A DNA stretch of 30,342 bases from Actinomycetota bacterium. GTDB lineage: Bacteria; Actinomycetota; Actinomycetes; Actinomycetales; Microbacteriaceae. Position numbers and translations under genes: made by a program. Every line of letters starts with the position of its first letter. The first letter of the stretch is position 1. Location of the stretch: assembly GCA_039795475.1 (NCBI GenBank), contig JBDKLU010000031.1, forward strand, positions 1 to 30,342. The letters run 5' to 3'. Of the stretch, positions 8,320 to 16,339 are shown in pieces. The notes under the pieces were generated by a model that saw only the letters and a program-made list of their open reading frames with translations, searched no databases and was not told the DNA's origin.

Positions 8320-10071
8320 ATGTTCAACAACCTGCGACGAGTCATGCCCTTCATGGGCGAGGCCATGCCGAAACTCATCATCGGCATATTCGTTGCAACG
8401 ATTAGCTCCGCAGTTGCCCTCAGCATCCCGTACGTTCTGCGCGCGCTCGTCGACGGGCCTCTCTCCACAGGAGACGCAAGCCAAATCTGGCCCGCGGCCA
8501 TCCTGCTGCTTGCCCTCGCCGGCGCCGAAGCAGGTCTTCTCTTCCTGCGCCGCTATTTCGTCTTGCAACCCGGAGCAATGCTCGACGGCAGCATGCGTAT
8601 CGCCATCTACAGTCGCCTGCAACGACTGCCCATCTCGTTCCACGATCGCTGGCAAAGCGGGCAGCTTCTCTCCCGCGCCATGGGAGACGTCAGCACCCTG
8701 CGCCGCTGGCTCTCGTTTGGTTTTGTGTCTATCGTCGTCAGCGCTGTCACCCTGGTGCTCGGCCTCGGCGTTCTGTTTTGGATGAACCCCATCCTCGGTG
8801 CCGTCTTCACCCTGTTCATCCTTCCCTTGCTCTACATCAGCATTCGATTCAGACTTCGATTCGTCACCATCTCACGCAAGGCACAAGACCAAGCCGGAGA
8901 ACTCTCCACATCTGTCGAAGAATCAGTTCACGGCGTTCGTGTCATCAAGTCGTTCGGTCGCACCGAGCACTTCTTGAACAAGTTCACCGACCGAGCCACC
9001 GAACTTCGACAGACAGAACTCGAGAAAGGACGCACCTCCGGACGCCTGGCATTCTGGCTGGTGCTCATCCCCGACACAGCCCTAGCAGCGACACTTCTTG
9101 TTGGCATCTACCTCGCCGGGCAAGACGCCGTCACCGTGGGAACCCTGTTCGCCTTCTTTGCCACGTCAGCAGTACTTCGCTGGCCGCTCGAAAACGTGGG
9201 CATGCTGCTCGCCCTCACCATCGACGCTTCAAACGCACTCGACCGCTACTACGAAGTCATCGATGCCCCCGTTGACATTCACGATTCGGCAAACGCTACG
9301 CCGCTGAATCCAGGGCCCGGCGAACTCGTTTTCGACGACGTGCATTTCAGATTCGCAGACTCCTCAGCCGATGAACCGGACATCCTGAACGGGCTTAACC
9401 TTCGCATCGCACCCGGTGAAACCGTGGCCCTCATCGGCCTGACCGGATCCGGCAAGTCAACCGTCACCTCGCTCGTAACGCGCCTCAACGATGTCACAAG
9501 CGGGCGCATCCTCATTGACGGTCAAGACATCAGAGAAGTCTCCCTCGAAAGCCTGCGCACCGAAGTGGCAATGGCGTTTGAAGACCCCACCTTGTTTAGC
9601 CTTTCGGTCAAAGAAAACGTGCTTCTGGGTCGGCCAGAACTACTCGAAGACAATGCCCGGGCACGCGAGGTTCTCGATCGCTCGCTCGACATTGCCCAAG
9701 CCGACTTTGCCCGCTCACTCCCCAAAGGCGTCGAGACCCGAATTGGCGAAGAGGGACTCAGCCTCTCCGGCGGCCAGCGCCAGCGTCTTGCTCTCGCCCG
9801 CGCGATTGCCACCGAACCTCGCATGCTCATCCTGGACGACCCGCTCTCCGCCCTCGATGTCAACACCGAGGCAATGGTTGAAGCCGCCCTGCGCACGGTT
9901 CTGAGCCAGACCACGGCACTCATCGTTGCTCACCGACCATCCACGGTGATGCTCGCCGACCGGGTCGCACTTCTCGACCACGGAGTCATCGCCGAGATCG
10001 GCACTCACAAAGAACTTCTTGCGCGCTCAGAGCGTTACCGCCACGTTATTTCAGCGTTGGAGGTGGAGTAG
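8320..10071 (+). CDS. ABC exporter half-transporter (TMD+NBD), subunit 1 of a heterodimer
   Basis: Six-helix TMD, Walker A GLTGSGKS, LSGGQRQR signature, Walker B ILDDPLSALD (E to D) and VAHRPS. Confidence 0.92.
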   Translation: MFNNLRRVMPFMGEAMPKLIIGIFVATISSAVALSIPYVLRALVDGPLSTGDASQIWPAAILLLALAGAEAGLLFLRRYFVLQPGAMLDGSMRIAIYSRLQRLPISFHDRWQSGQLLSRAMGDVSTLRRWLSFGFVSIVVSAVTLVLGLGVLFWMNPILGAVFTLFILPLLYISIRFRLRFVTISRKAQDQAGELSTSVEESVHGVRVIKSFGRTEHFLNKFTDRATELRQTELEKGRTSGRLAFWLVLIPDTALAATLLVGIYLAGQDAVTVGTLFAFFATSAVLRWPLENVGMLLALTIDASNALDRYYEVIDAPVDIHDSANATPLNPGPGELVFDDVHFRFADSSADEPDILNGLNLRIAPGETVALIGLTGSGKSTVTSLVTRLNDVTSGRILIDGQDIREVSLESLRTEVAMAFEDPTLFSLSVKENVLLGRPELLEDNARAREVLDRSLDIAQADFARSLPKGVETRIGEEGLSLSGGQRQRLALARAIATEPRMLILDDPLSALDVNTEAMVEAALRTVLSQTTALIVAHRPSTVMLADRVALLDHGVIAEIGTHKELLARSERYRHVISALEVE

Positions 10072-11880
10072 ATGAGCATTTACGGAGTCGCCGCCGAAGA
10101 GCGACGCGACCTCAGCAAAGCTGAAATCAAGGCATTGCGTCAACGCTCCATCCGCTTGCTCGCCGTGAGCGTCAAACCCCTCCGCAAGCGCATCGTCGCC
10201 ACGATGGGCATGGTCATTATTAGCACGCTCGCACAAGTGGCTGGACCGACCCTGCTTGCCATTGGCATCGACAAAGGTCTTGGCGCGCTCACACAGACAG
10301 GCAACTGGATGCCCGCGCTGTGGATTGCGCTTGCCTATGTCAGCCTTTCTGCCCTGGGCGGCAGCATGATGATGCTCTACAAGCGGTCATCAACAACCAT
10401 CAGCCAAAGCGTCATGTACGACCTGCGCGCCAAGATGTTCGAGCACACTCAAAAGCTCGGTGTTGCCTTCCACGAGAAATACACGAGCGGTCGCGTTATC
10501 GCTCGACAAACGAGCGATCTTGACACCGTGCGCGAATTCCTCGACGGCGGCATCAGCGACCTGGTCAGTGGCATTCTCTACATGCTGTTTACCGGAATCG
10601 CTCTTGTCAGCCTCGACCCGCAGAGTGCGTTGCCCATTCTGGTGGCGTTCATTCCGCTGTTCTTTTTCGCCCGATGGTTCGCGGGTCAATCGCGTCTGGC
10701 ATTCCGTGAATCTCGTATTTACTCGGCGCGATTGATTGTTCAGTTTGTCGAGACGATGACCGGCATCCGTGCAGTCAAGGCTTTCCGTCGTGAACGCCGA
10801 AATGACGAGAACTACACGGTCAATGCGGTCGCCTACCGCGAGGCAAACCGCCGAGTTATCGGCCTCTTTGGCATCTTTGATCCTGGTCTGAAGCTCACCG
10901 GAAACATCACCATGGTGGTCGTGCTCGTGCTGGGTGCGTTCCGCGTGGTTCACGGGCAGATGGATATCGGCGTACTGCTCGCTGTTGTTCTGTATTCGCG
11001 CCGATTCTTCGATCCGGTGCAGAACCTCACCATGTTCTTCAACTCCCTGCAGAACGCCTCGAGTGCTCTCGAGAAGATCTCTGGCGTTCTCGAAGAAGAC
11101 CCCGGCGTTGCCGAGCCCGAACACCCCATCGCCCTGCCGCACACGGGTGGCTCAATCGACTTCGACAATGTCGCCTTCGGTTATACAGATGCTGGTCTTG
11201 TTTTCAAAGACCTCAATCTGCATATTCCTGCTGGGCAGACCGTTGCCCTCATTGGCACCACGGGTGCCGGCAAGTCAACTCTGGCCAAGCTTCTGTCGCG
11301 GTTCTACGACCCCACAGCCGGCTCAATCACGCTCGACGGGGTCAACATTCGAGAAGTTGCCAACGACGACCTTCGTCAGGCTGTGGTGATGGTCACTCAA
11401 GAGGCATACATTTTCTCGGGCTCGATTGCCGACAACATTTCAATTGGCAAGCCAGGTGCATCCTTCGACGAGATCGTGGCTTCTGCGAAAGCAGTTGGCG
11501 CACACGATTTCATCTCGTCACTGCCAGAAGGCTACGACACCGATGTCAACAAACGCGGCGGTCGTCTCTCAGCAGGTCAGCGCCAACTCGTGTCATTTGC
11601 ACGCGCGTTCATCGCCGATCCAGAAGTTGTCATTCTGGATGAAGCAACCGCATCACTCGATATCCCCAGCGAACGCTTGGTGCAGAAGGGCCTGACCACG
11701 CTTCTGGCCGACCGCACGGCCATCATCATCGCGCACCGATTGTCGACCGTCTCTATCGCCGATCGCGTTGTCGTGATGGAACACGGACGCGTCATCGAAG
11801 ACGGGTCGCCGACGGAACTTGTCGAAGCAAGCGGTAAATTCGCGGACTTGCACGCCGCCTGGCGAGAATCCCTCGCCTAA
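10072..11880 (+). CDS. ABC exporter half-transporter (TMD+NBD), subunit 2 of a heterodimer
   Basis: TMD plus Walker A GTTGAGKS, signature LSAGQRQ, Walker B ILDEATASLD and IAHRLS. The ATG directly follows the previous TAG. Confidence 0.92.
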   Translation: MSIYGVAAEERRDLSKAEIKALRQRSIRLLAVSVKPLRKRIVATMGMVIISTLAQVAGPTLLAIGIDKGLGALTQTGNWMPALWIALAYVSLSALGGSMMMLYKRSSTTISQSVMYDLRAKMFEHTQKLGVAFHEKYTSGRVIARQTSDLDTVREFLDGGISDLVSGILYMLFTGIALVSLDPQSALPILVAFIPLFFFARWFAGQSRLAFRESRIYSARLIVQFVETMTGIRAVKAFRRERRNDENYTVNAVAYREANRRVIGLFGIFDPGLKLTGNITMVVVLVLGAFRVVHGQMDIGVLLAVVLYSRRFFDPVQNLTMFFNSLQNASSALEKISGVLEEDPGVAEPEHPIALPHTGGSIDFDNVAFGYTDAGLVFKDLNLHIPAGQTVALIGTTGAGKSTLAKLLSRFYDPTAGSITLDGVNIREVANDDLRQAVVMVTQEAYIFSGSIADNISIGKPGASFDEIVASAKAVGAHDFISSLPEGYDTDVNKRGGRLSAGQRQLVSFARAFIADPEVVILDEATASLDIPSERLVQKGLTTLLADRTAIIIAHRLSTVSIADRVVVMEHGRVIEDGSPTELVEASGKFADLHAAWRESLA

Positions 11881-11887
11881 AACAGAA

Positions 11888-13171
11888 CTAGAAGCGCTCG
11901 GGCTCGCCGATGTACAGCTGCTGCGGGCGACCAATCTTTGTCTGTGGGTCCTGGTTCATTTCACGCCAGTGAGCGATCCAGCCAGGAAGGCGACCGAGCG
12001 CGAACAGCACGGTAAACATGCGGGTCGGGAAACCCATCGCCTTGTAGATGACGCCGGTGTAGAAGTCGACGTTGGGGTACAGCTTGCGCTGGATGAAATA
12101 CTCATCCTGCAGCGCGATTGCCTCGAGCTCTTTGGCGACGTCAAGCAGCGGGTCGGATACGCCAAGTGCCGCCAGAACCTCGTCGGCGCTTTCCTTGACC
12201 AGGCGTGCACGCGGGTCGTAGTTCTTGTAGACGCGGTGACCGAAGCCCATGAGACGAACGCCGTCTTCTTTGTTCTTCACGCGCGAAACGAACTTCTCGA
12301 CCGAGTCACCCGAGTCTTGGATCTGCTTGAGCATGGTGAGAACGGCTTCGTTAGCGCCACCGTGTAGCGGACCAAACAGTGCGTTGATACCAGCCGAAAC
12401 CGATGCGAACAGGTTGGCGTCGGTTGAGCCAACGAGTCGAACGGTCGACGTCGATGCGTTCTGCTCATGGTCTTCATGCAGGATGAGCAGGCGCTCGAGC
12501 GCGCGAACAACAACAGGGTTGAGCTCGTACTCTTCTGCGCGGTTACCGAACGTCAAGCGCAGGAAGTTCTCGATGTAGTTCAGGTCGTTCTTGGGGTACA
12601 GGAACGCCTGACCGATGCTCTTCTTGTGAGCGTAGGAAGCCATGACCGGAACCTTTGCCAGCAGGCGATAGGTGGCCAGTTCGACGTGCTCGGGGTTCTT
12701 CGGGTCGAGCGAGTCTTCGTAGTAGGTCGAAAGCGCAGAAACACCGGCCGAGAGAACGGGCATCGGGTGTGCGTTGCGGGGGAAACCAGAGAAGAAGTTC
12801 TTGAGGTCTTCGTGCAGCAGCGAGTGGCGCTGAATCTGCTCTTCGAAGTGGCTGAGCTCACTGTCGGTAGGAAGGTTGCCGTAGATCAACAGGTACGCAG
12901 TCTGCAGGAACGAGAAGTTCGTTGCCACGTGATCGATGGGGTAACCGCGATAACGCAGAATGCCCTGCTCGCCATCGATATAGGTGATTTTCGACTTGGT
13001 GGAAGCGGTGTTCACAAAGCCGTAGTCGAGGGAGGTGAGACCCGTGTTCTTCGTCAGTGTCGAGAAGTCGATGGATGATGCACCTTCAACGCTTCGAAGT
13101 ACCGGATATTCCGAGGTAACTCCGTTGAAAGTGAGCTGAACTTTGTCAGCGGGCGCGCCATTGTCGGTCAC
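11888..13171 (-). CDS. gltA: Citrate synthase (type II)
   Basis: TYIDGEQGILRYRGY, HEDHEQNAST, GPLHGGANE, MGFGHRVYKNYDPRA and YPNVDFY. GTG start with RBS TAGGAG. Confidence 0.97.
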   Translation of the reverse strand: MTDNGAPADKVQLTFNGVTSEYPVLRSVEGASSIDFSTLTKNTGLTSLDYGFVNTASTKSKITYIDGEQGILRYRGYPIDHVATNFSFLQTAYLLIYGNLPTDSELSHFEEQIQRHSLLHEDLKNFFSGFPRNAHPMPVLSAGVSALSTYYEDSLDPKNPEHVELATYRLLAKVPVMASYAHKKSIGQAFLYPKNDLNYIENFLRLTFGNRAEEYELNPVVVRALERLLILHEDHEQNASTSTVRLVGSTDANLFASVSAGINALFGPLHGGANEAVLTMLKQIQDSGDSVEKFVSRVKNKEDGVRLMGFGHRVYKNYDPRARLVKESADEVLAALGVSDPLLDVAKELEAIALQDEYFIQRKLYPNVDFYTGVIYKAMGFPTRMFTVLFALGRLPGWIAHWREMNQDPQTKIGRPQQLYIGEPERF

Positions 13172-13255
13172 GAACTTCTCCTAGCGAAACAGCAGGGGTG
13201 AGCGGTTTATTTTGTGGATGCCGACGTTGTGCGTCTATGCATACAGACTGCCTCT

Positions 13256-13261
13256 AGCCTA
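13256..13261 (-). promoter_or_regulatory. Candidate -10 (TAGGCT) for gltA
   Basis: TANNNT about 85 nt upstream of the GTG. It is followed by a small 5' hairpin GTCTGT-ATGC-ATAGAC (13233-13248). Confidence 0.45.
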
Positions 13262-13283
13262 TTGGCAAAAACTAGCCTGCGGT

Positions 13284-13317
13284 TGCCCATTCCAGTGCCG
13301 GATGGCACGAACAAGCA
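13284..13317 (-). terminator. Stem-loop immediately after the dapC stop
   Basis: The minus RNA UGCUUGUUC-GUGCC-AUCC-GGCAC-(UG)-GAAUGGGCA forms 14 pairs including G.U wobbles. There is no immediate U tail. Confidence 0.5.
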
Positions 13318-13318
13318 C

Positions 13319-14422
13319 TTACTCGCCGCGCAGTCTGGCAGCGGCGGCAGCGATACGTTCATCACTCGCCGTCAGTGAGACGCGAATGTGTGTCTCCGAG
13401 TGATCACCGTAGAAGTATCCGGGGCCGGCAAGGATGCCTAAATCAGCCAGGCGATCAATCGATTGCCATGCGTCGACACCCTCGCTTAGCCACAAGTAAA
13501 GCCCTGCTTCACTTCCGGCAAGTGCGAATCCGGCGTCTTGAAGCGCGGGCAGTAAAACCTCACGGCGAGCGCGGTAAATGTCTTTTTGGTGTTCGACGTG
13601 AGCGTCATCACCAAGAGCCACGACCATCGCTGCCTGTACGGGAGCCGGAATCATCATTCCGGCGTGCTTGCGAATGACAAGCAGTTTGGCAATAAGTGAT
13701 TCGTCACCTGCGACAAAAGCGGCACGGTACCCAGCGAGGTTGGACTGCTTACTCAGCGAGTAGGCCGCAAGAATTCCGGCGTTGTCTCCCCCGGTCACAC
13801 GGGAGTCGAGCACACTCGGAATGGGCTGCTTATCCCAGGGGGCATCCCAGCCCAACTCGGCGTAGCACTCGTCAGAAATAACAATCGCACCCAGTTCACG
13901 AGCGCGACGCACGCGGGCAGTCAGCGCTTCAATGTCGAGCACGCGACCATCAGGGTTACCGGGAGAGTTCAGCCAAACAAGCTTGGTATTCGCCGGCCAC
14001 TCATCTGGGTTGTCAGATGCCAGAGGAGTTGCACCGGCAATGGATGCACCAATCGCGTACGTCGGGTAAGCCGCACGCGGGTAAACGACAACATCGCCCT
14101 CACCAAGACCGAGCATGAACGCAGCCCATGCGACGAATTCCTTGGAGCCGATCGTGGGAAGTACTCCGTCGACGCTCAAGCCGGTCACACGACGACGACG
14201 CTCAAACCAGGCGACGATTGCCTCGCGCAGCTTCACGGTGCCAACCGTGGTTGGGTAGGCGTGAGCATCCGTTGCCTCAGCAAGTGCCTGGCGAACAACC
14301 TCAGGTGTCGGGTCAACCGGCGAACCAATCGAAAGATCGACAATGCCGTCGGGATGCGCCGCCGCACGCTTGGCGTAGGGCGCCATGGCATCCCACGGGT
14401 ATTCGGGAAGCGGCTTGAGCAT
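13319..14422 (-). CDS. dapC: Succinyldiaminopimelate transaminase
   Basis: LPEYPWD start, DLSIGSPVDPTP, NSPGNPDG, ISDECY and YSLSKQSNLAGYR (PLP lysine). The start is set at ATG 14422, 2 nt after the fdxA stop, because the track's longer start lies inside fdxA. Confidence 0.94.
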   Translation of the reverse strand: MLKPLPEYPWDAMAPYAKRAAAHPDGIVDLSIGSPVDPTPEVVRQALAEATDAHAYPTTVGTVKLREAIVAWFERRRRVTGLSVDGVLPTIGSKEFVAWAAFMLGLGEGDVVVYPRAAYPTYAIGASIAGATPLASDNPDEWPANTKLVWLNSPGNPDGRVLDIEALTARVRRARELGAIVISDECYAELGWDAPWDKQPIPSVLDSRVTGGDNAGILAAYSLSKQSNLAGYRAAFVAGDESLIAKLLVIRKHAGMMIPAPVQAAMVVALGDDAHVEHQKDIYRARREVLLPALQDAGFALAGSEAGLYLWLSEGVDAWQSIDRLADLGILAGPGYFYGDHSETHIRVSLTASDERIAAAAARLRGE

Positions 14423-14424
14423 GT

Positions 14425-14745
14425 TTAGTGAGCCTGAGGAGGCAGCGCGGAAATCACGGGGTGATCCCACTTGATAACGCCAACTTTGGCAGCGCCACCG
14501 GGCGAACCAATCTCGGTAAAGAACTCAACGTTGGCCTTGTAGTAGTCAGCCCACTGCTCAGGTAGATCATCTTCGTAGTAGATGGCTTCAACGGGGCACA
14601 CCGGCTCGCAAGCGCCGCAGTCGACGCACTCGTCGGGGTGGATGTAAAGGCTTCGCTCACCCTCGTAAATGCAGTCAACCGGGCATTCATCGATGCAGGC
14701 GCGGTCTTTGACGTCCACACACGGGAGGGCAATGACGTAGGTCAT
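14425..14745 (-). CDS. fdxA: 7Fe ([3Fe-4S]+[4Fe-4S]) ferredoxin
   Basis: MTYVIALPCVDVKDRACIDECPVDCIYEG...CVDCGACEPVCP. RBS AAAGGA. Confidence 0.97.
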   Translation of the reverse strand: MTYVIALPCVDVKDRACIDECPVDCIYEGERSLYIHPDECVDCGACEPVCPVEAIYYEDDLPEQWADYYKANVEFFTEIGSPGGAAKVGVIKWDHPVISALPPQAH

Positions 14746-14765
14746 GAGGCGTCCTTTTGAAAGAG

Positions 14766-14793
14766 AGTCGAACGGCTTAAGTCTAGTTCGACT
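14766..14793 (-). promoter_or_regulatory. fdxA candidate -10 (TAGACT, 14780-14785) within an 8-bp inverted repeat
   Basis: AGTCGAAC(14766-14773)-N12-GTTCGACT(14786-14793), with the hexamer in the spacer. Confidence 0.5.
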
Positions 14794-15170
14794 TAGCTAC
14801 GCGAACTGCGCTTCAGACGCGGCCACGCCACAACGATGGCACCAATAATTCCCGGGCCCGCCGTCCAGAGGGTTCCCCATGAGTTTGCAGGGATGAGCAC
14901 GCTTCCCCCGGTGGTTTCAATCATCGCGACAAGGCTGATGGCAAGAATGCCGACGAGACCCAAAATCGATGGCCAGCGCGACTCGTTAGCAAGGCGAAGC
15001 CCGAGCAGATAGAACAGCACGAGAGCGAAGGCAAGGATGATCCCCCAGGGCAATTCAAACGAGCCAATTCGAAGCACAGACTGCTGAATCATTGTGCCGA
15101 GCATCCCGGCAACCAGACCACCGATGAATGCGGCAATAAGAATCAGGGGCTTTCGAAGTCGTTCCATCAC
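14793..15170 (-). CDS. Small four-helix membrane protein (DUF6113-like, conserved upstream of fdxA)
   Basis: Four hydrophobic segments with LPWG and GGSVLIP..WG..W motifs. It is leaderless (TAGTAT-N6-GTG). The family assignment rests on position and recall. Confidence 0.7.
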   Translation of the reverse strand: MMERLRKPLILIAAFIGGLVAGMLGTMIQQSVLRIGSFELPWGIILAFALVLFYLLGLRLANESRWPSILGLVGILAISLVAMIETTGGSVLIPANSWGTLWTAGPGIIGAIVVAWPRLKRSSRS

Positions 15171-15207
15171 ATGGGAATACTAACTGGCGTTCTGGCCACC
15201 AGCATGA

Positions 15208-15241
15208 CAAGGTTAGGGTATCCTTACTTAGGTAAACCTAA
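15208..15241. promoter_or_regulatory. Tandem, overlapping DtxR/IdeR-type iron boxes
   Basis: CAAGGTTAGGGTATCCTTA (15208-15226) matches TWAGGTWAGSCTWACCTWA at 16/19. CTTACTTAGGTAAACCTAA (15223-15241) matches at 13/19 and includes TTAGGT-AA-ACCTAA. Both lie directly upstream of an iron permease. Confidence 0.82.
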
Positions 15242-15258
15242 CTTAGAGAGATCCACAC

Positions 15259-16116
15259 ATGTTTGCGAACCTGCTGATCGGCCTGCGAGAAGGCCTCGAA
15301 GCGTCCCTCATCGTTGGCATCCTCGTGGCCTACGTCGTCAAAATCGACCGTCGCGATGTGATTGCACGCATCTGGGCAGGCGTTGCCGCCGCCATCATCG
15401 TTTCCGTCGCGCTGGGATTCGCACTAACAGTCTTCGCCGAAGCCATGGGGCCAGCCGCCGAACCTGTCATTGCTGGAGTCGCATCCATCCTTGCCGCCGC
15501 CATGGTCACCTGGATGATCTTCTGGATGGCAAAGACCGCTCGATCCATCAAGGGCGCGCTCGAGTCCGAGGTCGCCACGAGTCTCTCCAAGGGCGCATGG
15601 GCCGTCGTCGGAATCGCATTCCTCGCGGTTGTTCGTGAAGGAGCTGAAACGACCCTCTTCGTGTGGGCAGCCGCACAAAACGCAGATGCCACCATCCGAC
15701 CCCTCGCAGGCGCCGTCATCGGAATCCTCATCGCGGCCACCCTCGGTTACCTCATCTACCGCGGAAGCCTCAAGTTCAACCTGTCAGCGTTCTTCCTCTG
15801 GTCAGGCATCTTCCTCATCATCATCGCCGCAAGCATGCTTGTTGGCGGTGTGGGTGACCTTCAAGAAGAAGCCGGCTTGCTGCCCTTCCTGACAGCCACC
15901 GCCTACGACTTCTCCAACGCAATCCCGGAAGACAGCATTCTGTTCATCGTTCTGCGCGGCATCTTCGGATTCCACAACTCGATGACCTGGCTGCAGCTCA
16001 TCGTGTGGATTCTGTTCGTGGCAATCACCATGACCACGTTCCTGCGCAAATCCATTCACCGCAAGATCACCCCGGTCGAAACCACCGAGATTCGCGTCAT
16101 TCGCAGCGTCAATTAG
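15259..16116 (+). CDS. efeU: FTR1/EfeU ferrous/ferric iron permease
   Basis: Two RExxE motifs (LREGLEA, VREGAET), about 7 TM helices and TWMIFWM. Confidence 0.93.
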   Translation: MFANLLIGLREGLEASLIVGILVAYVVKIDRRDVIARIWAGVAAAIIVSVALGFALTVFAEAMGPAAEPVIAGVASILAAAMVTWMIFWMAKTARSIKGALESEVATSLSKGAWAVVGIAFLAVVREGAETTLFVWAAAQNADATIRPLAGAVIGILIAATLGYLIYRGSLKFNLSAFFLWSGIFLIIIAASMLVGGVGDLQEEAGLLPFLTATAYDFSNAIPEDSILFIVLRGIFGFHNSMTWLQLIVWILFVAITMTTFLRKSIHRKITPVETTEIRVIRSVN

Positions 16117-16138
16117 AGAATTGAGCGCTGTCAACGAT

Positions 16139-16216
16139 GGCAGTGCAGTCTCCGCCCGCGGGGCCCCTTGGCTTCGCCATTCCCCGACGCCCGACCACAC
16201 CCGAGACAGCACTGCC
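16139..16216. repeat. 14-bp imperfect inverted repeat downstream of efeU
   Basis: GGCAGTGCAGTCTC (16139-16152) versus GAGACAGCACTGCC (16203-16216) is 13/14 complementary, with inner hairpin TGGC-TTC-GCCA. Confidence 0.55.
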
Positions 16217-16297
16217 CGCGAGACAGCGCGCCTCTTCAAGACGATTGTCTCGAAACTTGATACGCCCGAATATCCCTGCATCTCGGGGTTAATCAAC

Positions 16298-16330
16298 GAA
16301 TGGGCCGCCGGATAATCCGACAGCCCATTC
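16298..16330 (-). terminator. typA 3' stem-loop/terminator
   Basis: The minus RNA GAAUGGGCUGUCGGA-UUA-UCCGGCGGCCCAUUC pairs fully (15 bp with 2 G.U) only on the minus strand and is followed by GUUGAUU. Confidence 0.75.
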
Positions 16331-16339
16331 AGCGCTTTT

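Noticed and set aside
7664-10071. Impression of stronger C/A skew in dsbA-ABC1 (and efeU), suggesting horizontal transfer
   Set aside because: Not quantified. There are no flanking repeats, integrase or tRNA. A codon-usage comparison with the whole genome would be needed.
13254-13278. CTAGCCT direct repeat at the gltA promoter, also matching the palindrome at 25294-25303
   Set aside because: The match is only 7 bp, one copy is the -10 itself, and such matches are expected by chance.
16121-16315. 64-aa ORF after efeU as an efeO remnant or small protein
   Set aside because: No lipobox, cupredoxin or M75 features. The TTG start is weak and the ORF runs into the typA terminator. It is kept only as part of the spacer finding.
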